Positions 51,515 to 60,851 of a DNA stretch of 64,000 nucleotides are shown piece after piece. Both the position numbers and the translations under genes were made by a program. The DNA is taken from the sequence record NC_052656.1. One strand, given 5' to 3'. Origin of the DNA: Escherichia phage anhysbys. Position 1 is the first letter of the stretch; every line of letters begins with the position of its first letter. The notes below the pieces were generated by a model, which was not told the origin of the DNA, searched no databases, and was given only the letters and a program-made list of their open reading frames with translations.

Positions 51515-52207
51515 TTAAATAGCGGTTCCTTCGAAATCCGCCACATTTACGAGATTAATATTTTCAGATTTAGAAGTCAAGTTGTTTTCTGCAACAGATT
51601 TTTCTTCAGTATCCGCCTCGTTACCTGCCACGTTACGAGGTTCTTCTTCACCGTAGGGATTACCGAATTTCAAAAGATTGATCAATTCTTCTTTGGAGAA
51701 GTTTTCTAAATCATCATCTGTTAATTCAATAATCTCGTCTTGTTCTTCAATAAATGTTTCACCACCAGAAAAAGCATCTCGCTTTTTAGCTACTTCCATA
51801 GCCTGTTCTGGTGTTGCTCCTGCATCAAGAGCAGCTAAAGCAAAGTCTGACCCGCTTCCTACCGCATAATATTCTTCATCAATCGGATATGCACGTGTTG
51901 GGTTGTTACCTTCGTGCAGGAAAATACGTCCGTCTGGATGAACAACAAGTGCAATAAACTCTTCATCTTCTTTATCTGGATCAGAGTGAATCATCAAACC
52001 AGGGACAGCATCACGTGCTGCTTCGCACTGTAGATTTTGTTCAAACCATTGAAAGAAAGAAAGCACGGAGGTCAGACGACCAGCACCACCTACAAGGTAA
52101 TCTCCAATTTTTCGGACCTTTTTGAAATTAATAGAATCTACACGTCCACCAAAAGTTACCTTACCGTCACTCAAAATCTTATTTTTGGTCGCAATAATTG
52201 TCGTCAC
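51515..52207 (-). CDS. HslV-like N-terminal-threonine peptidase with acidic C-terminal extension
   Basis: MTTIIATKNK (Thr after Met), KKVRKIGDYLVGGAG, YAVGSGSDFALAALDAG match HslV/ClpQ blocks from memory. Confidence 0.65.
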   Translation of the reverse strand: MTTIIATKNKILSDGKVTFGGRVDSINFKKVRKIGDYLVGGAGRLTSVLSFFQWFEQNLQCEAARDAVPGLMIHSDPDKEDEEFIALVVHPDGRIFLHEGNNPTRAYPIDEEYYAVGSGSDFALAALDAGATPEQAMEVAKKRDAFSGGETFIEEQDEIIELTDDDLENFSKEELINLLKFGNPYGEEEPRNVAGNEADTEEKSVAENNLTSKSENINLVNVADFEGTAI

Positions 52208-52710
52208 TATTCTTCCTCCTCTGTTAATGTTTTAAGAACCGCTTTCCCGCCATTCACATATTTGCAGATGTATTCTATCGCACGTAGTGTCTCTTTGTCA
52301 ACAAAAATTTGATCAGACGTTGCGAGCGGGTTATTAAGAAGATCACTGCAATCACGAACAAGCAGTGCTTTCTTATTAAACAAATTACTTAAGAACAGTA
52401 ACTTCGCCTCTTCTTCTGTTATGTGCAGAAGGCTAGGATCGGAGCCAGCTATTCCTATTATACAATCAAACAAGCTTTCTTTACTATCAGAAAGTTCTTG
52501 AAAATGGTTTAAAAGCCAATCTTCTCCTAGACACCAACATTTAAACATTTCCAGTTTATCTCGGAGGGTCATATTCTCTAAAGTAAGAGCAATCTCTTTT
52601 TCAATATGGTTTACACAAATTTGACGAAATTCGTTAGGTTTTACGAGTCCCGTTTGATAGCACTCATCTATACCGCTTCTTCCGATAGCTATTGTTGCTA
52701 CACCCATCAA
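52207..52710 (-). CDS. hypothetical protein
   Basis: ORF track 167 aa; ATGA-coupled upstream of HslV-like gene. Confidence 0.55.
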   Translation of the reverse strand: MMGVATIAIGRSGIDECYQTGLVKPNEFRQICVNHIEKEIALTLENMTLRDKLEMFKCWCLGEDWLLNHFQELSDSKESLFDCIIGIAGSDPSLLHITEEEAKLLFLSNLFNKKALLVRDCSDLLNNPLATSDQIFVDKETLRAIEYICKYVNGGKAVLKTLTEEEE

Positions 52711-52742
52711 TCCTCCTTATAAATGGCTTCCCTGCCACATTA

Positions 52743-53501
52743 TTAAATAAACACTTCAGTAATCAGTTTAGACAAACGTCCACGTTTATTATCGTCCGTT
52801 GTCAGTTCAACATATCCAATAAAATCTACAATTGGCTCACGAACACCTTCTTCATTCTCTGGATATAAAAGTTCCAAAATTTGATGCAGACCATTGCTAC
52901 GTTTTTTAATTGCATATGTCTGGCGAACATCGCCTAATACAATAACATGCGTATTAATACCTGCACGTTCAATAAGAAGTTTAAGTGTTTCTGTTGACAT
53001 AAGTTGTGCTTCGTCAATAATGACGATTGTATTATCCAGGGTAGCCCCCAACAAATAGTTAGGAATATTCAATTCGATCTTACCTGATCCAATATCGTTT
53101 TCCAATTTGTTGGCTGTCATGAATTGCTGGAAAATACGTTTTGTAGATTCATAGTGTGCTGCTAGTTTATCTGTTTTATCCCCAGACAAGAAACCAATCT
53201 GGTCATCTCCGACTTCAGTAGGGTTCTTGATAAAAAGTAGTTTACGGAAGTCTCCTGAACGAAGCATCTGCAAAGCTTTCCATAAAGCAACAGAGGTTTT
53301 ACCAGTCCCTGCCGGAGCATTTACAACAGTCAGATCATTCCAAATCATGCTTTGAACAATCTTATTTTGGTCCCCTTCAGGCATAAATTCATCTAAACGG
53401 TAATCGTCATTACCTACCGCTTTTGCTGCATAACGGCTTTCAATCTTTGCTGAATTAGCCAGTTTCTGCCGTTGTGTTTTAGCTGCGGTTTTATTTCCCA
53501 T
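52743..53501 (-). CDS. phoH: PhoH-like ATPase
   Basis: Walker A NAPAGTGKTS; Walker B VIIDEAQ; start refined to MGNKTAAKT (AAAGGAG RBS) to clear hairpin and lysozyme. Confidence 0.8.
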   Translation of the reverse strand: MGNKTAAKTQRQKLANSAKIESRYAAKAVGNDDYRLDEFMPEGDQNKIVQSMIWNDLTVVNAPAGTGKTSVALWKALQMLRSGDFRKLLFIKNPTEVGDDQIGFLSGDKTDKLAAHYESTKRIFQQFMTANKLENDIGSGKIELNIPNYLLGATLDNTIVIIDEAQLMSTETLKLLIERAGINTHVIVLGDVRQTYAIKKRSNGLHQILELLYPENEEGVREPIVDFIGYVELTTDDNKRGRLSKLITEVFI

Positions 53502-53518
53502 AGTAGCACTCCTTTTAG

Positions 53519-53536
53519 AAGGGGCCGAAGCCCCTT
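53519..53536 (-). other. intercistronic CUUCGG-type hairpin
   Basis: Minus-strand AAGGGGC-UUCG-GCCCCUU between lysozyme and phoH. Confidence 0.55.
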
Positions 53537-53538
53537 TA

Positions 53539-54039
53539 TTAGTTGTAAGCATCTAAAGTTCCAGAAGTCAGAACTTTAATTACTCGTTCAGCACGGTTTG
53601 GCGTCTGGCTATACCATCGGCTTTTACGCATGTTTTTACCTGCTTGAGTATAATATGCATTGCTGATTAAAGTCAAGCTATTTTGAAACCCTTCAGCACC
53701 TTTTAACCCCAACTGGAAAACCATGTTGATTATTCCCAATTTACGAGTATCACTAACCTTATCATAGATTGGTGATAAGATAGTACTGTTTTTTATGTCT
53801 CTCTTCACTTTTGCAACATCGTCAGCAAAGATTTGACGGGCTTCTTTTTCTGTGATAACTCCATTAGTCTTACGACCAAGAAGATTATCTAAGATTTGAA
53901 TAGCCTTTGCTTTATCTTTTATTTTAGTCAGAAGGTGTCCTATGCCGACTGTCCAATAACCAAGATGGTCTTGATAAACAGTAAGCTTCAGTCCTTCATC
54001 GACTCGTAGCATATCAAACTCATCTACTACTTTAGCCAT
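53539..54039 (-). CDS. T4-type lysozyme (endolysin)
   Basis: MLRVDEGLKLTVYQDHLGYWTVGIGHLLTK ... INMVFQLG ... KSRWYSQTPNRAERVI closely parallels T4 gene e. Confidence 0.9.
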   Translation of the reverse strand: MAKVVDEFDMLRVDEGLKLTVYQDHLGYWTVGIGHLLTKIKDKAKAIQILDNLLGRKTNGVITEKEARQIFADDVAKVKRDIKNSTILSPIYDKVSDTRKLGIINMVFQLGLKGAEGFQNSLTLISNAYYTQAGKNMRKSRWYSQTPNRAERVIKVLTSGTLDAYN

Positions 54040-54046
54040 TTACTTC

Positions 54047-54196
54047 CTACTCGTCGTCTCCTACTCCGTGATCCAACTCGTTAAACAACAGATGTTCTGG
54101 AGAAGTTTCACGTTTTGGTTTCGTTTTCTTTATGTTGGACTTCAGCTCATTTGCCAAAGCACGAGAAAAGATCTTACGTTTCTGTTTACTTTTCAT
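54047..54196 (-). CDS. small basic protein (~49 aa)
   Basis: Own translation MKSKQKRKIFSRALANELKSNIKKTKPKRETSPEHLLFNELDH... Confidence 0.35.
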   Translation of the reverse strand: MKSKQKRKIFSRALANELKSNIKKTKPKRETSPEHLLFNELDHGVGDDE

Positions 54197-54201
54197 AATT
54201 G

Positions 54202-54462
54202 TTACTCCGCAATTTGAGCCATGAGATCACGCAGTTCGGTAAAACCGCCTACGTATGTTACCTCCCCGTTCACTTCAGACAGAATTTGTGGAAATGTGCG
54301 TGGAGGAACTCCGGTAAGATCAACAACTGTTTTAGTCATTGATTCTAAATCATAGTCTTGATCAAGACTTAAATATTCAAACTGTTTATTGCGCATGGTT
54401 AATAGTTGTTTTGACATTTCGCAAAATTGACAGTTAGGTTTACCAAAAATTACAAATTCCAT
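54202..54462 (-). CDS. glutaredoxin/NrdH-like redoxin
   Basis: CQFC active site near N-terminus (FGKPNCQFCEMSK); 86 aa; adjacent to nrdAB. Confidence 0.75.
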   Translation of the reverse strand: MEFVIFGKPNCQFCEMSKQLLTMRNKQFEYLSLDQDYDLESMTKTVVDLTGVPPRTFPQILSEVNGEVTYVGGFTELRDLMAQIAE

Positions 54463-55304
54463 TACCTCTCCTTATTAAGTAATACTGCTAAAGACTGTTC
54501 AATACCTTTATTTAAATCTGATTTTGTAAGATAGTGACTGGTTACTAATTGTGACTTCACCGGACGTGCTGCTGGAGCATTATAGGTTGAAGCTGATACC
54601 GCCGATATCTTAACAGGTTCTGGCATCTGTGTCAAGATCTTTTCCGCAAACTCCGCCCAAGAAATAAAATGGCTTCCTGCAAAATGGTAAGTCTTAACAG
54701 ACCTTGACCAACCTGTTTTTAATACTTCAAAAATAGCTTCTGCTAAATCTGGAGCATATGTTGGACAAGAGAACTGATCAGCAACAACAATAAAATCACG
54801 TTGTCCATCATTATAGCGAGACAACATGGTTTTTAGAAAGTTATTTCCAAATTCGCTATATACCGAGGCTGTTCGAATAATATATGCATTTGGGTTAACT
54901 CCTCGCACCATTTTTTCACCGAGTTCTTTCGTATACCCATAATTGTTTATTGGGTTAGGTGTAGTATCTTCAAAAATAGGATGAGAATAATTAAAAATAT
55001 AATCTGTAGAAATATGCACAAAATCAATTTTAAGTTTGCTGCACACTGCCGCAATATTTGCAGGTCCATACGCATTAACAGCCAAAGCAGTAGCAAAATC
55101 ATGTTCTGCTTTATCTACAGCCGTATAAGCAGCGCAGTTAATAACACCGTCTACATAATCTTCAACAATAGCGTTTCGCACAGCTTCAAAATTTGTAATA
55201 TCTACACGTTCTTTAGGATAAATTAAAGATACATTCGAAGGAACCACTTTACGTAAAGCTTGTCCCAGTTGTCCATTACCACCTAATACCAGATATGTTA
55301 GCAT
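54462..55304 (-). CDS. rmlD: dTDP-4-dehydrorhamnose reductase-like (RmlD family)
   Basis: N-terminal Rossmann LVLGGNGQLGQAL; 280 aa; overlaps rmlC by 7 nt. Confidence 0.75.
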   Translation of the reverse strand: MLTYLVLGGNGQLGQALRKVVPSNVSLIYPKERVDITNFEAVRNAIVEDYVDGVINCAAYTAVDKAEHDFATALAVNAYGPANIAAVCSKLKIDFVHISTDYIFNYSHPIFEDTTPNPINNYGYTKELGEKMVRGVNPNAYIIRTASVYSEFGNNFLKTMLSRYNDGQRDFIVVADQFSCPTYAPDLAEAIFEVLKTGWSRSVKTYHFAGSHFISWAEFAEKILTQMPEPVKISAVSASTYNAPAARPVKSQLVTSHYLTKSDLNKGIEQSLAVLLNKER

Positions 55305-55864
55305 ACACCCTCACTACGTAGCTGTTGAAAAGATTTAGCCATTGCATCTTTTGTTGATAAAATAGGTTTAAAATCTTCATCAAAAATCATATCAAAGCCC
55401 CAATCGATCCCTATATCAGGATCATCCCAACGTAAACTTTGTTCACTAGAAGGGTCGTATGGAGTTGTGCATTTGTATTCAAAGATAGCATCCATACTCA
55501 AAACTATAAAACCGTGTGCCAAACCAGGTGGAAGCCAAAACTGCGTATGGTGTCGTGCACGAAGAACAACACCGTCCCAAGCACCGTAAGTTGGACTATC
55601 TTTACGTAAATCTACAGCGAAATCCAATACTTCTCCACTTACACAACGAACAAGCTTACCTTGCGGGTTGTTTGTTTGGAAGTGCATTCCTCGCAAAACA
55701 CCGAAGTTTGATTTAGACATGTTATCTTGAACGAAAGTTTGTCTACCAATAATATCTTCGTATTTTTGTTCATTGTATGTTTCTAAAAAGAAACCACGAT
55801 CATCTTTATAAACGTCTGGTTTGATAATTACCGCACCTTCAATTTTTGTTTTTTCTACTTTCAT
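55298..55864 (-). CDS. rmlC: dTDP-4-dehydrorhamnose 3,5-epimerase (RmlC cupin)
   Basis: DDRGFFLETY, LRGMHFQ, KLVRCVSGEVLDFAVDLRKDSPTYG, PPGLAHGF match RmlC. Confidence 0.85.
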   Translation of the reverse strand: MKVEKTKIEGAVIIKPDVYKDDRGFFLETYNEQKYEDIIGRQTFVQDNMSKSNFGVLRGMHFQTNNPQGKLVRCVSGEVLDFAVDLRKDSPTYGAWDGVVLRARHHTQFWLPPGLAHGFIVLSMDAIFEYKCTTPYDPSSEQSLRWDDPDIGIDWGFDMIFDEDFKPILSTKDAMAKSFQQLRSEGVC

Positions 55865-55873
55865 TTTCTCTCC

Positions 55874-56200
55874 TTACCAGACATGTTGAGAAATAATAGT
55901 TTCCGTTTTAATGTTATATTTTTCAAGTAGCTCTGCATAGGCTTCTTTTGCATTCTCATTTAATTGCTCAAGATCTACAGCTACGCTTCCTTCTCCGCCT
56001 TCTAAATAAATACCATATATGCAATAAGACTCATCAGCATCGTAGAAAGGAGAGATGCGACTTAAGTCCAGACCTTCTTGTAAGAACCAGTTAAAATCTC
56101 CGTCAAATTCTTCTTCAATTCTAGGATCTTCTCCTACAGCCTCTTCCCACTTATTAAAAGGTGCACCCTGTAACATACGCCATTCGATATCAATACCCAT
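55874..56200 (-). CDS. hypothetical acidic protein
   Basis: ORF track 108 aa. Confidence 0.55.
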   Translation of the reverse strand: MGIDIEWRMLQGAPFNKWEEAVGEDPRIEEEFDGDFNWFLQEGLDLSRISPFYDADESYCIYGIYLEGGEGSVAVDLEQLNENAKEAYAELLEKYNIKTETIISQHVW

Positions 56201-56354
56201 TTTTCATCTCCTCCTCTTCTTGAGCAGCTTTAATAATTGCTTCATAAATATCGTAAGCAATGCCTCCACAACATCTAGCTTCGAAAGCTATTGCTTCTGC
56301 AATGTGGTCTGTTAATTCTCGTGGAATTCGGACATACTCTTTTTCACTCTCCAT
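56190..56354 (-). CDS. small hypothetical protein (~54 aa)
   Basis: Own translation MESEKEYVRIPRELTDHIAEAIAFEARCCGG...; GGAGG RBS. Confidence 0.35.
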   Translation of the reverse strand: MESEKEYVRIPRELTDHIAEAIAFEARCCGGIAYDIYEAIIKAAQEEEEMKNGY

Positions 56355-56496
56355 CTTCTACCTCCGACCCTGCTTTTTCAAATACTACTACTCGTCCTTC
56401 ACCATGACAATTCAGGCAAGGAAATGTTACCATAATTTCCACTTCCATCTGTCCAGTCCCACCACACACAGGACAAAAAATAAGTTTTTCAGCCAT
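56344..56496 (-). CDS. small zinc-ribbon protein (~50 aa)
   Basis: Own translation MAEKLIFCPVCGGTGQMEVEIMVTFPCLNCHGEGRVVVFEKAG...; AGGAGGAA RBS. Confidence 0.4.
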   Translation of the reverse strand: MAEKLIFCPVCGGTGQMEVEIMVTFPCLNCHGEGRVVVFEKAGSEVEDGE

Positions 56497-56705
56497 TATT
56501 CCTCCTTAATTATTTCAAACTTGGCAACACCATTTACAATAATATGACCACAAGACATAACTCCTAGCCAAGGATCGCCGTTTTTCTTCAGGCGTTTACC
56601 GAATACATCACAAAAACCATTCTTCATTTCGGAGGCTTCATAAGAAGCCCCTTTGTCAAAAACGTCTTTGAATGTGTCGATTATACCAACACATCTCAAA
56701 ATCAT
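56496..56705 (-). CDS. hypothetical protein
   Basis: ORF track 69 aa; immediately downstream of nrdB. Confidence 0.5.
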   Translation of the reverse strand: MILRCVGIIDTFKDVFDKGASYEASEMKNGFCDVFGKRLKKNGDPWLGVMSCGHIIVNGVAKFEIIKEE

Positions 56706-57790
56706 TAGAAGTCAAGCTCCTCATCATCAGAGAGATCTTTGTTAGCTGAATTCAATTTGTAATTAGTTAACTGAATCTCTTGGGCTGCTGACTGAATCAA
56801 ATCAGGATTCAACCATTTTTCCATCCAAGCTAAAGGACTATGTTTAGGTGCTTTAAACTTGGCTTTCATTTTCAATCGACGATAAATAGGAGCAGCATTG
56901 AAATAAACCCACTGTTTAGACAATTCGGCGTTAAGACCTACAATAAAACGACCTTCACTAAACAGGTAGTCACACCACTGTTCCTCTTGTTCAACAACAG
57001 TGTCGAGGATCAAAGTCAACTCTTCAATATTGTCTTCGTAAATTTTACGCCAAATTGGGTCATGCATCAATGCATCAATTACAGCATAATCCATCTTAAC
57101 ATGCAAGATTTCATCTAGCATAATTTTCTGGATCAGCTTACAAGCCCCAACAAACAATTGTTGTTCTGCCATAGCAAAAGTAGCAGAGAAGGAAGATATA
57201 AACTGAATACCTTCTAATCCAATCAGGGCTACCATCCCTTTAAGAATCAGCAATCGAAGTTCATCGTTAGCTTCAATCAATCCTAGAGCATACTTATGAC
57301 CAGCTTCTTCCAACTGACCCATGATATCAGCAATGATACCCATACGATTGAAAATTTTATCATTAATCATAATCTGATTGATGACTTCAATTGGATCTGG
57401 AGTACATTGACGGATTATTTCAGAATACGTTAACGCATGGAGAACTTCCATTTCACTCTGCTTCATCATCATAGCACAGGCTTCATTGTTACTCAAGAAT
57501 GGAGAGAACAAAGTGATGATTGATTTTGCAAGAGAATCATTTTCCCATTGGAACGATAAGTTTTTAATCATAACATCATAGTTGTTTTTAGAACAAGCTA
57601 CGAAATCTTTACGTGTCTGATCCAAGTTAACTTCGTTTTCATCCCAATCTTGTGCTTTTTGAAGTTTGTAGAGTTTGTGCATTTCTGGATAAGTTACGTT
57701 AACAGAATCAAAGATCCCTAATTGCTCCCCCAAAAATACTGGATATTTTCCTGTTTTGTAAACTTCGTTGTGTAAATTAATTGCTGCCAT
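56705..57790 (-). CDS. nrdB: ribonucleotide reductase class Ia beta subunit
   Basis: Di-iron/tyrosyl radical blocks EMEVLHALTYSE and DEILHVKMDY; 361 aa. Confidence 0.9.
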   Translation of the reverse strand: MAAINLHNEVYKTGKYPVFLGEQLGIFDSVNVTYPEMHKLYKLQKAQDWDENEVNLDQTRKDFVACSKNNYDVMIKNLSFQWENDSLAKSIITLFSPFLSNNEACAMMMKQSEMEVLHALTYSEIIRQCTPDPIEVINQIMINDKIFNRMGIIADIMGQLEEAGHKYALGLIEANDELRLLILKGMVALIGLEGIQFISSFSATFAMAEQQLFVGACKLIQKIMLDEILHVKMDYAVIDALMHDPIWRKIYEDNIEELTLILDTVVEQEEQWCDYLFSEGRFIVGLNAELSKQWVYFNAAPIYRRLKMKAKFKAPKHSPLAWMEKWLNPDLIQSAAQEIQLTNYKLNSANKDLSDDEELDF

Positions 57791-57810
57791 TTAAAATTCT
57801 CCTCAATAAA

Positions 57811-57827
57811 AAGGGGCCGAAGCCCCT
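57811..57827 (-). other. intercistronic CUUCGG-type hairpin
   Basis: Minus-strand AGGGGC-UUCG-GCCCCU + UUUUUAUU between nrdA and nrdB. Confidence 0.6.
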
Positions 57828-57834
57828 AGTTTCA

Positions 57835-60075
57835 TCACATCTTGCAAGCTTCACAACCACCATCAGAATCTTCTTGTGCTAAAGAGTCTGCTGATTTTGT
57901 TCTACTATTAAGGTAATACAACGACTTACCACCCAGTCTAGCAAAATTCAGAATAAACTGCATCTCAGCTTTCACTGATAAACGTCCACCTACCAATTTA
58001 GAATAATCTAGCCAAGAATCACAAGAAATTCCTTGGTCCGTAAACTTGGTAAAGATACCATACATTTCTGCAAGGTCTTTAGCAGGAGTGTCCCAGGCGG
58101 ACTGGTAGAACATTTTCAGTTTTTCGTAGTCTGGAACAATAAATAATACACTACCTTTCTGACTTTGTTTATACATAATAGTATCACGAACAGGATACAG
58201 AGAGTTAGTAGTATTGCTTACCAAACTGCTGGACTCATTAGGTGCGATAGCAGCCAAGACACTGTTACGGATACCACCTTGTTCAATGATTTCAGCACGT
58301 AAGCCTTCCCAATCCATTTTAAGATCAAAATTACCGATACTATCTACTGTTTTAGCATAAGTGTCAATTGGTAGCCAACCTTGAGGCCATTTGGTCTTAT
58401 CGATCCATTCCGCATTACCTTTTTCCTTAGCCAGACGCAGAGAGGCTTTTGCCAACCAAAAGTAATGACGTTCTGCAAGTTCATGCATTAATTTTTTAGC
58501 ATAAGCATCTGAATAATTTACAAAATTACTTGCCAAGTAATGTGCTAAGTTTGTAATACCTACACCAATAGATCTACGTGCTTTAGCAGTTATTTCGTTA
58601 TGTTTAAATGGATAATCCATTGTTTCAATAACGTTGTCAATTGTCAATACAGTGTAGTATGCAACATCCTCATATTCTTCAGGTAAGACACGACCAGCAA
58701 CAATAGAAGATAAGAAGCATAAAGCCAATTCTTGATCTTCTGTATTCTCACCAGTAAAGAGATCCGGCATACTGTGGAAAGCTTTAGTTGGTAAGAAGAT
58801 CTCTTGACACAGGTTTGATTGATACACCGTATCCAGGAAAGGTGTATGGTTGTTAACGTTGTCCGCAAAGAACATGTAAATACGTCCTGTTTCTGCACGT
58901 TGAACAATAATCTCTGTCAGAAGATCACGAGCCTTAACAAATTTTTTCTTAATGCGACGACGGCTTACTTTGTCATAAACTGCATCAAACTCTTCTTCAC
59001 TTTTATACAAAGCTTCATAAAGTTCAGGAGCATCATCACAACTAACTAACATCCAATCTTCGTTTTTTGCTGCTCGACGCAAGAACGAACGGTTAACAAC
59101 AATAGAATAATCCAGTTTGTCTACTCGTTTATCTATAGGTGTTGTTGGATTCTTCAGTCGAATCAGATCGTCGAAGTCTGGTTCAAGTATGGTAAAGGTA
59201 ACTGTAGCACTACCTCCACGGCTTGCTTGCTTCGAAGCTCCAACACTATCTTCCATCCATTTCAGATACGGAAGAAGACCACCATGAATAATACGATTAT
59301 TCTTAACACCTTGACCTGTGGCACGAGTTTGAAGATTAACACCAATACCTGCGTTATTCAACGTATACTCATGAGCTAAGTAATTAGCAATGGCTAAAGA
59401 CTCTGCTGTGTCATCTGCACGGAATAAACAACAAGACGCACTTCCTTTGATTGGAGTTCGTAGAGTTGTCAGATATGGTGATGGCAGATTAATCTTAAGA
59501 TCGCTAACATAAGTATACAGTTTTTTAATATCTTCTATACGGCGTTCTTTTGGTTGGATCTCCATAACCTTCATTGCGATACCAATGAAAAGAAACTGTG
59601 GAGACTCATGCACCACATCGTTTACTGCATCTCGGATAAGATATTTATCCACCATCTGACGTAAAACAGAATAGCCATAAGTTAGATTTTTATTATGCTT
59701 TACAATCTTACCAATTTCTTTGATCTCTTCATCAGTATAATCCATTTTAGCCCAATGTCCACGTTCTACCATATCATGATAAAAGGTATTCAGTGAAGGG
59801 ATACTGTGGTATCCCCCATGAGCCTGTTTGTAAATCATACCCAGAAGAAGTCTTCCTGCCATATCACTGTAAGCTTGTGTTTTCTTGTCAATACACGCTG
59901 CAATCATTGCTTTATGCAGATCACGTGTAGACACACCGTCATAACACCGCTTCACAGCTTCTAATTCAATTTCAGACCAGTTTAGTTTACCTGCTGCAAA
60001 TTCAGACCACTTGCGAAGTTTTTCTGGATTAAACTCCTCTATCTTACCGTTAGATTTAGTTACAAAACGAATCAA
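57835..60075 (-). CDS. nrdA: ribonucleotide reductase class Ia alpha subunit
   Basis: 746 aa; N-terminal ATP-cone-like region, C-terminal Cys pair; paired with nrdB. Confidence 0.9.
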   Translation of the reverse strand: MIRFVTKSNGKIEEFNPEKLRKWSEFAAGKLNWSEIELEAVKRCYDGVSTRDLHKAMIAACIDKKTQAYSDMAGRLLLGMIYKQAHGGYHSIPSLNTFYHDMVERGHWAKMDYTDEEIKEIGKIVKHNKNLTYGYSVLRQMVDKYLIRDAVNDVVHESPQFLFIGIAMKVMEIQPKERRIEDIKKLYTYVSDLKINLPSPYLTTLRTPIKGSASCCLFRADDTAESLAIANYLAHEYTLNNAGIGVNLQTRATGQGVKNNRIIHGGLLPYLKWMEDSVGASKQASRGGSATVTFTILEPDFDDLIRLKNPTTPIDKRVDKLDYSIVVNRSFLRRAAKNEDWMLVSCDDAPELYEALYKSEEEFDAVYDKVSRRRIKKKFVKARDLLTEIIVQRAETGRIYMFFADNVNNHTPFLDTVYQSNLCQEIFLPTKAFHSMPDLFTGENTEDQELALCFLSSIVAGRVLPEEYEDVAYYTVLTIDNVIETMDYPFKHNEITAKARRSIGVGITNLAHYLASNFVNYSDAYAKKLMHELAERHYFWLAKASLRLAKEKGNAEWIDKTKWPQGWLPIDTYAKTVDSIGNFDLKMDWEGLRAEIIEQGGIRNSVLAAIAPNESSSLVSNTTNSLYPVRDTIMYKQSQKGSVLFIVPDYEKLKMFYQSAWDTPAKDLAEMYGIFTKFTDQGISCDSWLDYSKLVGGRLSVKAEMQFILNFARLGGKSLYYLNSRTKSADSLAQEDSDGGCEACKM

Positions 60076-60091
60076 CTTCTCCTCCCTATTA

Positions 60092-60346
60092 TTAATGCAT
60101 ATTCAAAACATCTACATCATAACCGAACTTCATTTCATTAAAAAGTCCATTAGCATATAGAAAACCTTCAAAATGAGTTATGTCATCAAACCCTTTTGCT
60201 TTTGCTCGACGGTCTGCTTCTTGTCTTTTAGGAGATAAACGTTTTGAAGTGTCTAGAATTACAGTTACATTACAACCAACAGTTTCATCAAAATAGACTT
60301 CGATTTCACAGCCTTCATATTTATTATCAGTCATTGTCCCTCTCAT
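60092..60346 (-). CDS. hypothetical protein
   Basis: ORF track 84 aa. Confidence 0.55.
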   Translation of the reverse strand: MRGTMTDNKYEGCEIEVYFDETVGCNVTVILDTSKRLSPKRQEADRRAKAKGFDDITHFEGFLYANGLFNEMKFGYDVDVLNMH

Positions 60347-60753
60347 TGATTAGTATCATCTGCTTTCGCAGGATCATAAGAGTTACCGAAATCATCCATC
60401 TTAATATGTGACGCACCCCAACCTGTAAATTCTTCATCACCAAAATGAAAAATATCGTTTTCTTGATAGATTCGTTTAAAACCACAATTAGGTGAAACAG
60501 GGAAAGTGAAAAGCGTTGTATTTGCAAACACTACTCGCTTATCGTTATTGCTTCGGATATTCACATTACGCTCAACAGAATAGTGTGAATCTTCAGCCAT
60601 ACCCAGCATTACAAGCGACGCTCTAATAACAGCATTTTGTTTCTCGTGTGGGATATTGCCATTGTGTTTATTTGATTCTAGTTTCCAGATAGGGGTAGAC
60701 ATTACAGTAGACATGCTTACGGTAGCCCAAGTTGTAGTATTTACTAATGACAT
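60343..60753 (-). CDS. hypothetical protein
   Basis: Track frame 60343-60786; start refined to MSLVNTTTWA after GAAGGAGAAAA. Confidence 0.55.
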   Translation of the reverse strand: MSLVNTTTWATVSMSTVMSTPIWKLESNKHNGNIPHEKQNAVIRASLVMLGMAEDSHYSVERNVNIRSNNDKRVVFANTTLFTFPVSPNCGFKRIYQENDIFHFGDEEFTGWGASHIKMDDFGNSYDPAKADDTNQ

Positions 60754-60851
60754 ATTTTCTCCTTCATTTTGAATGGGAGGACTCACCTCCTCCCAGTATT
60801 GTGCTATATTATACTAAAACTAATACTAAAGTCAATAATTATTTAAACAGA

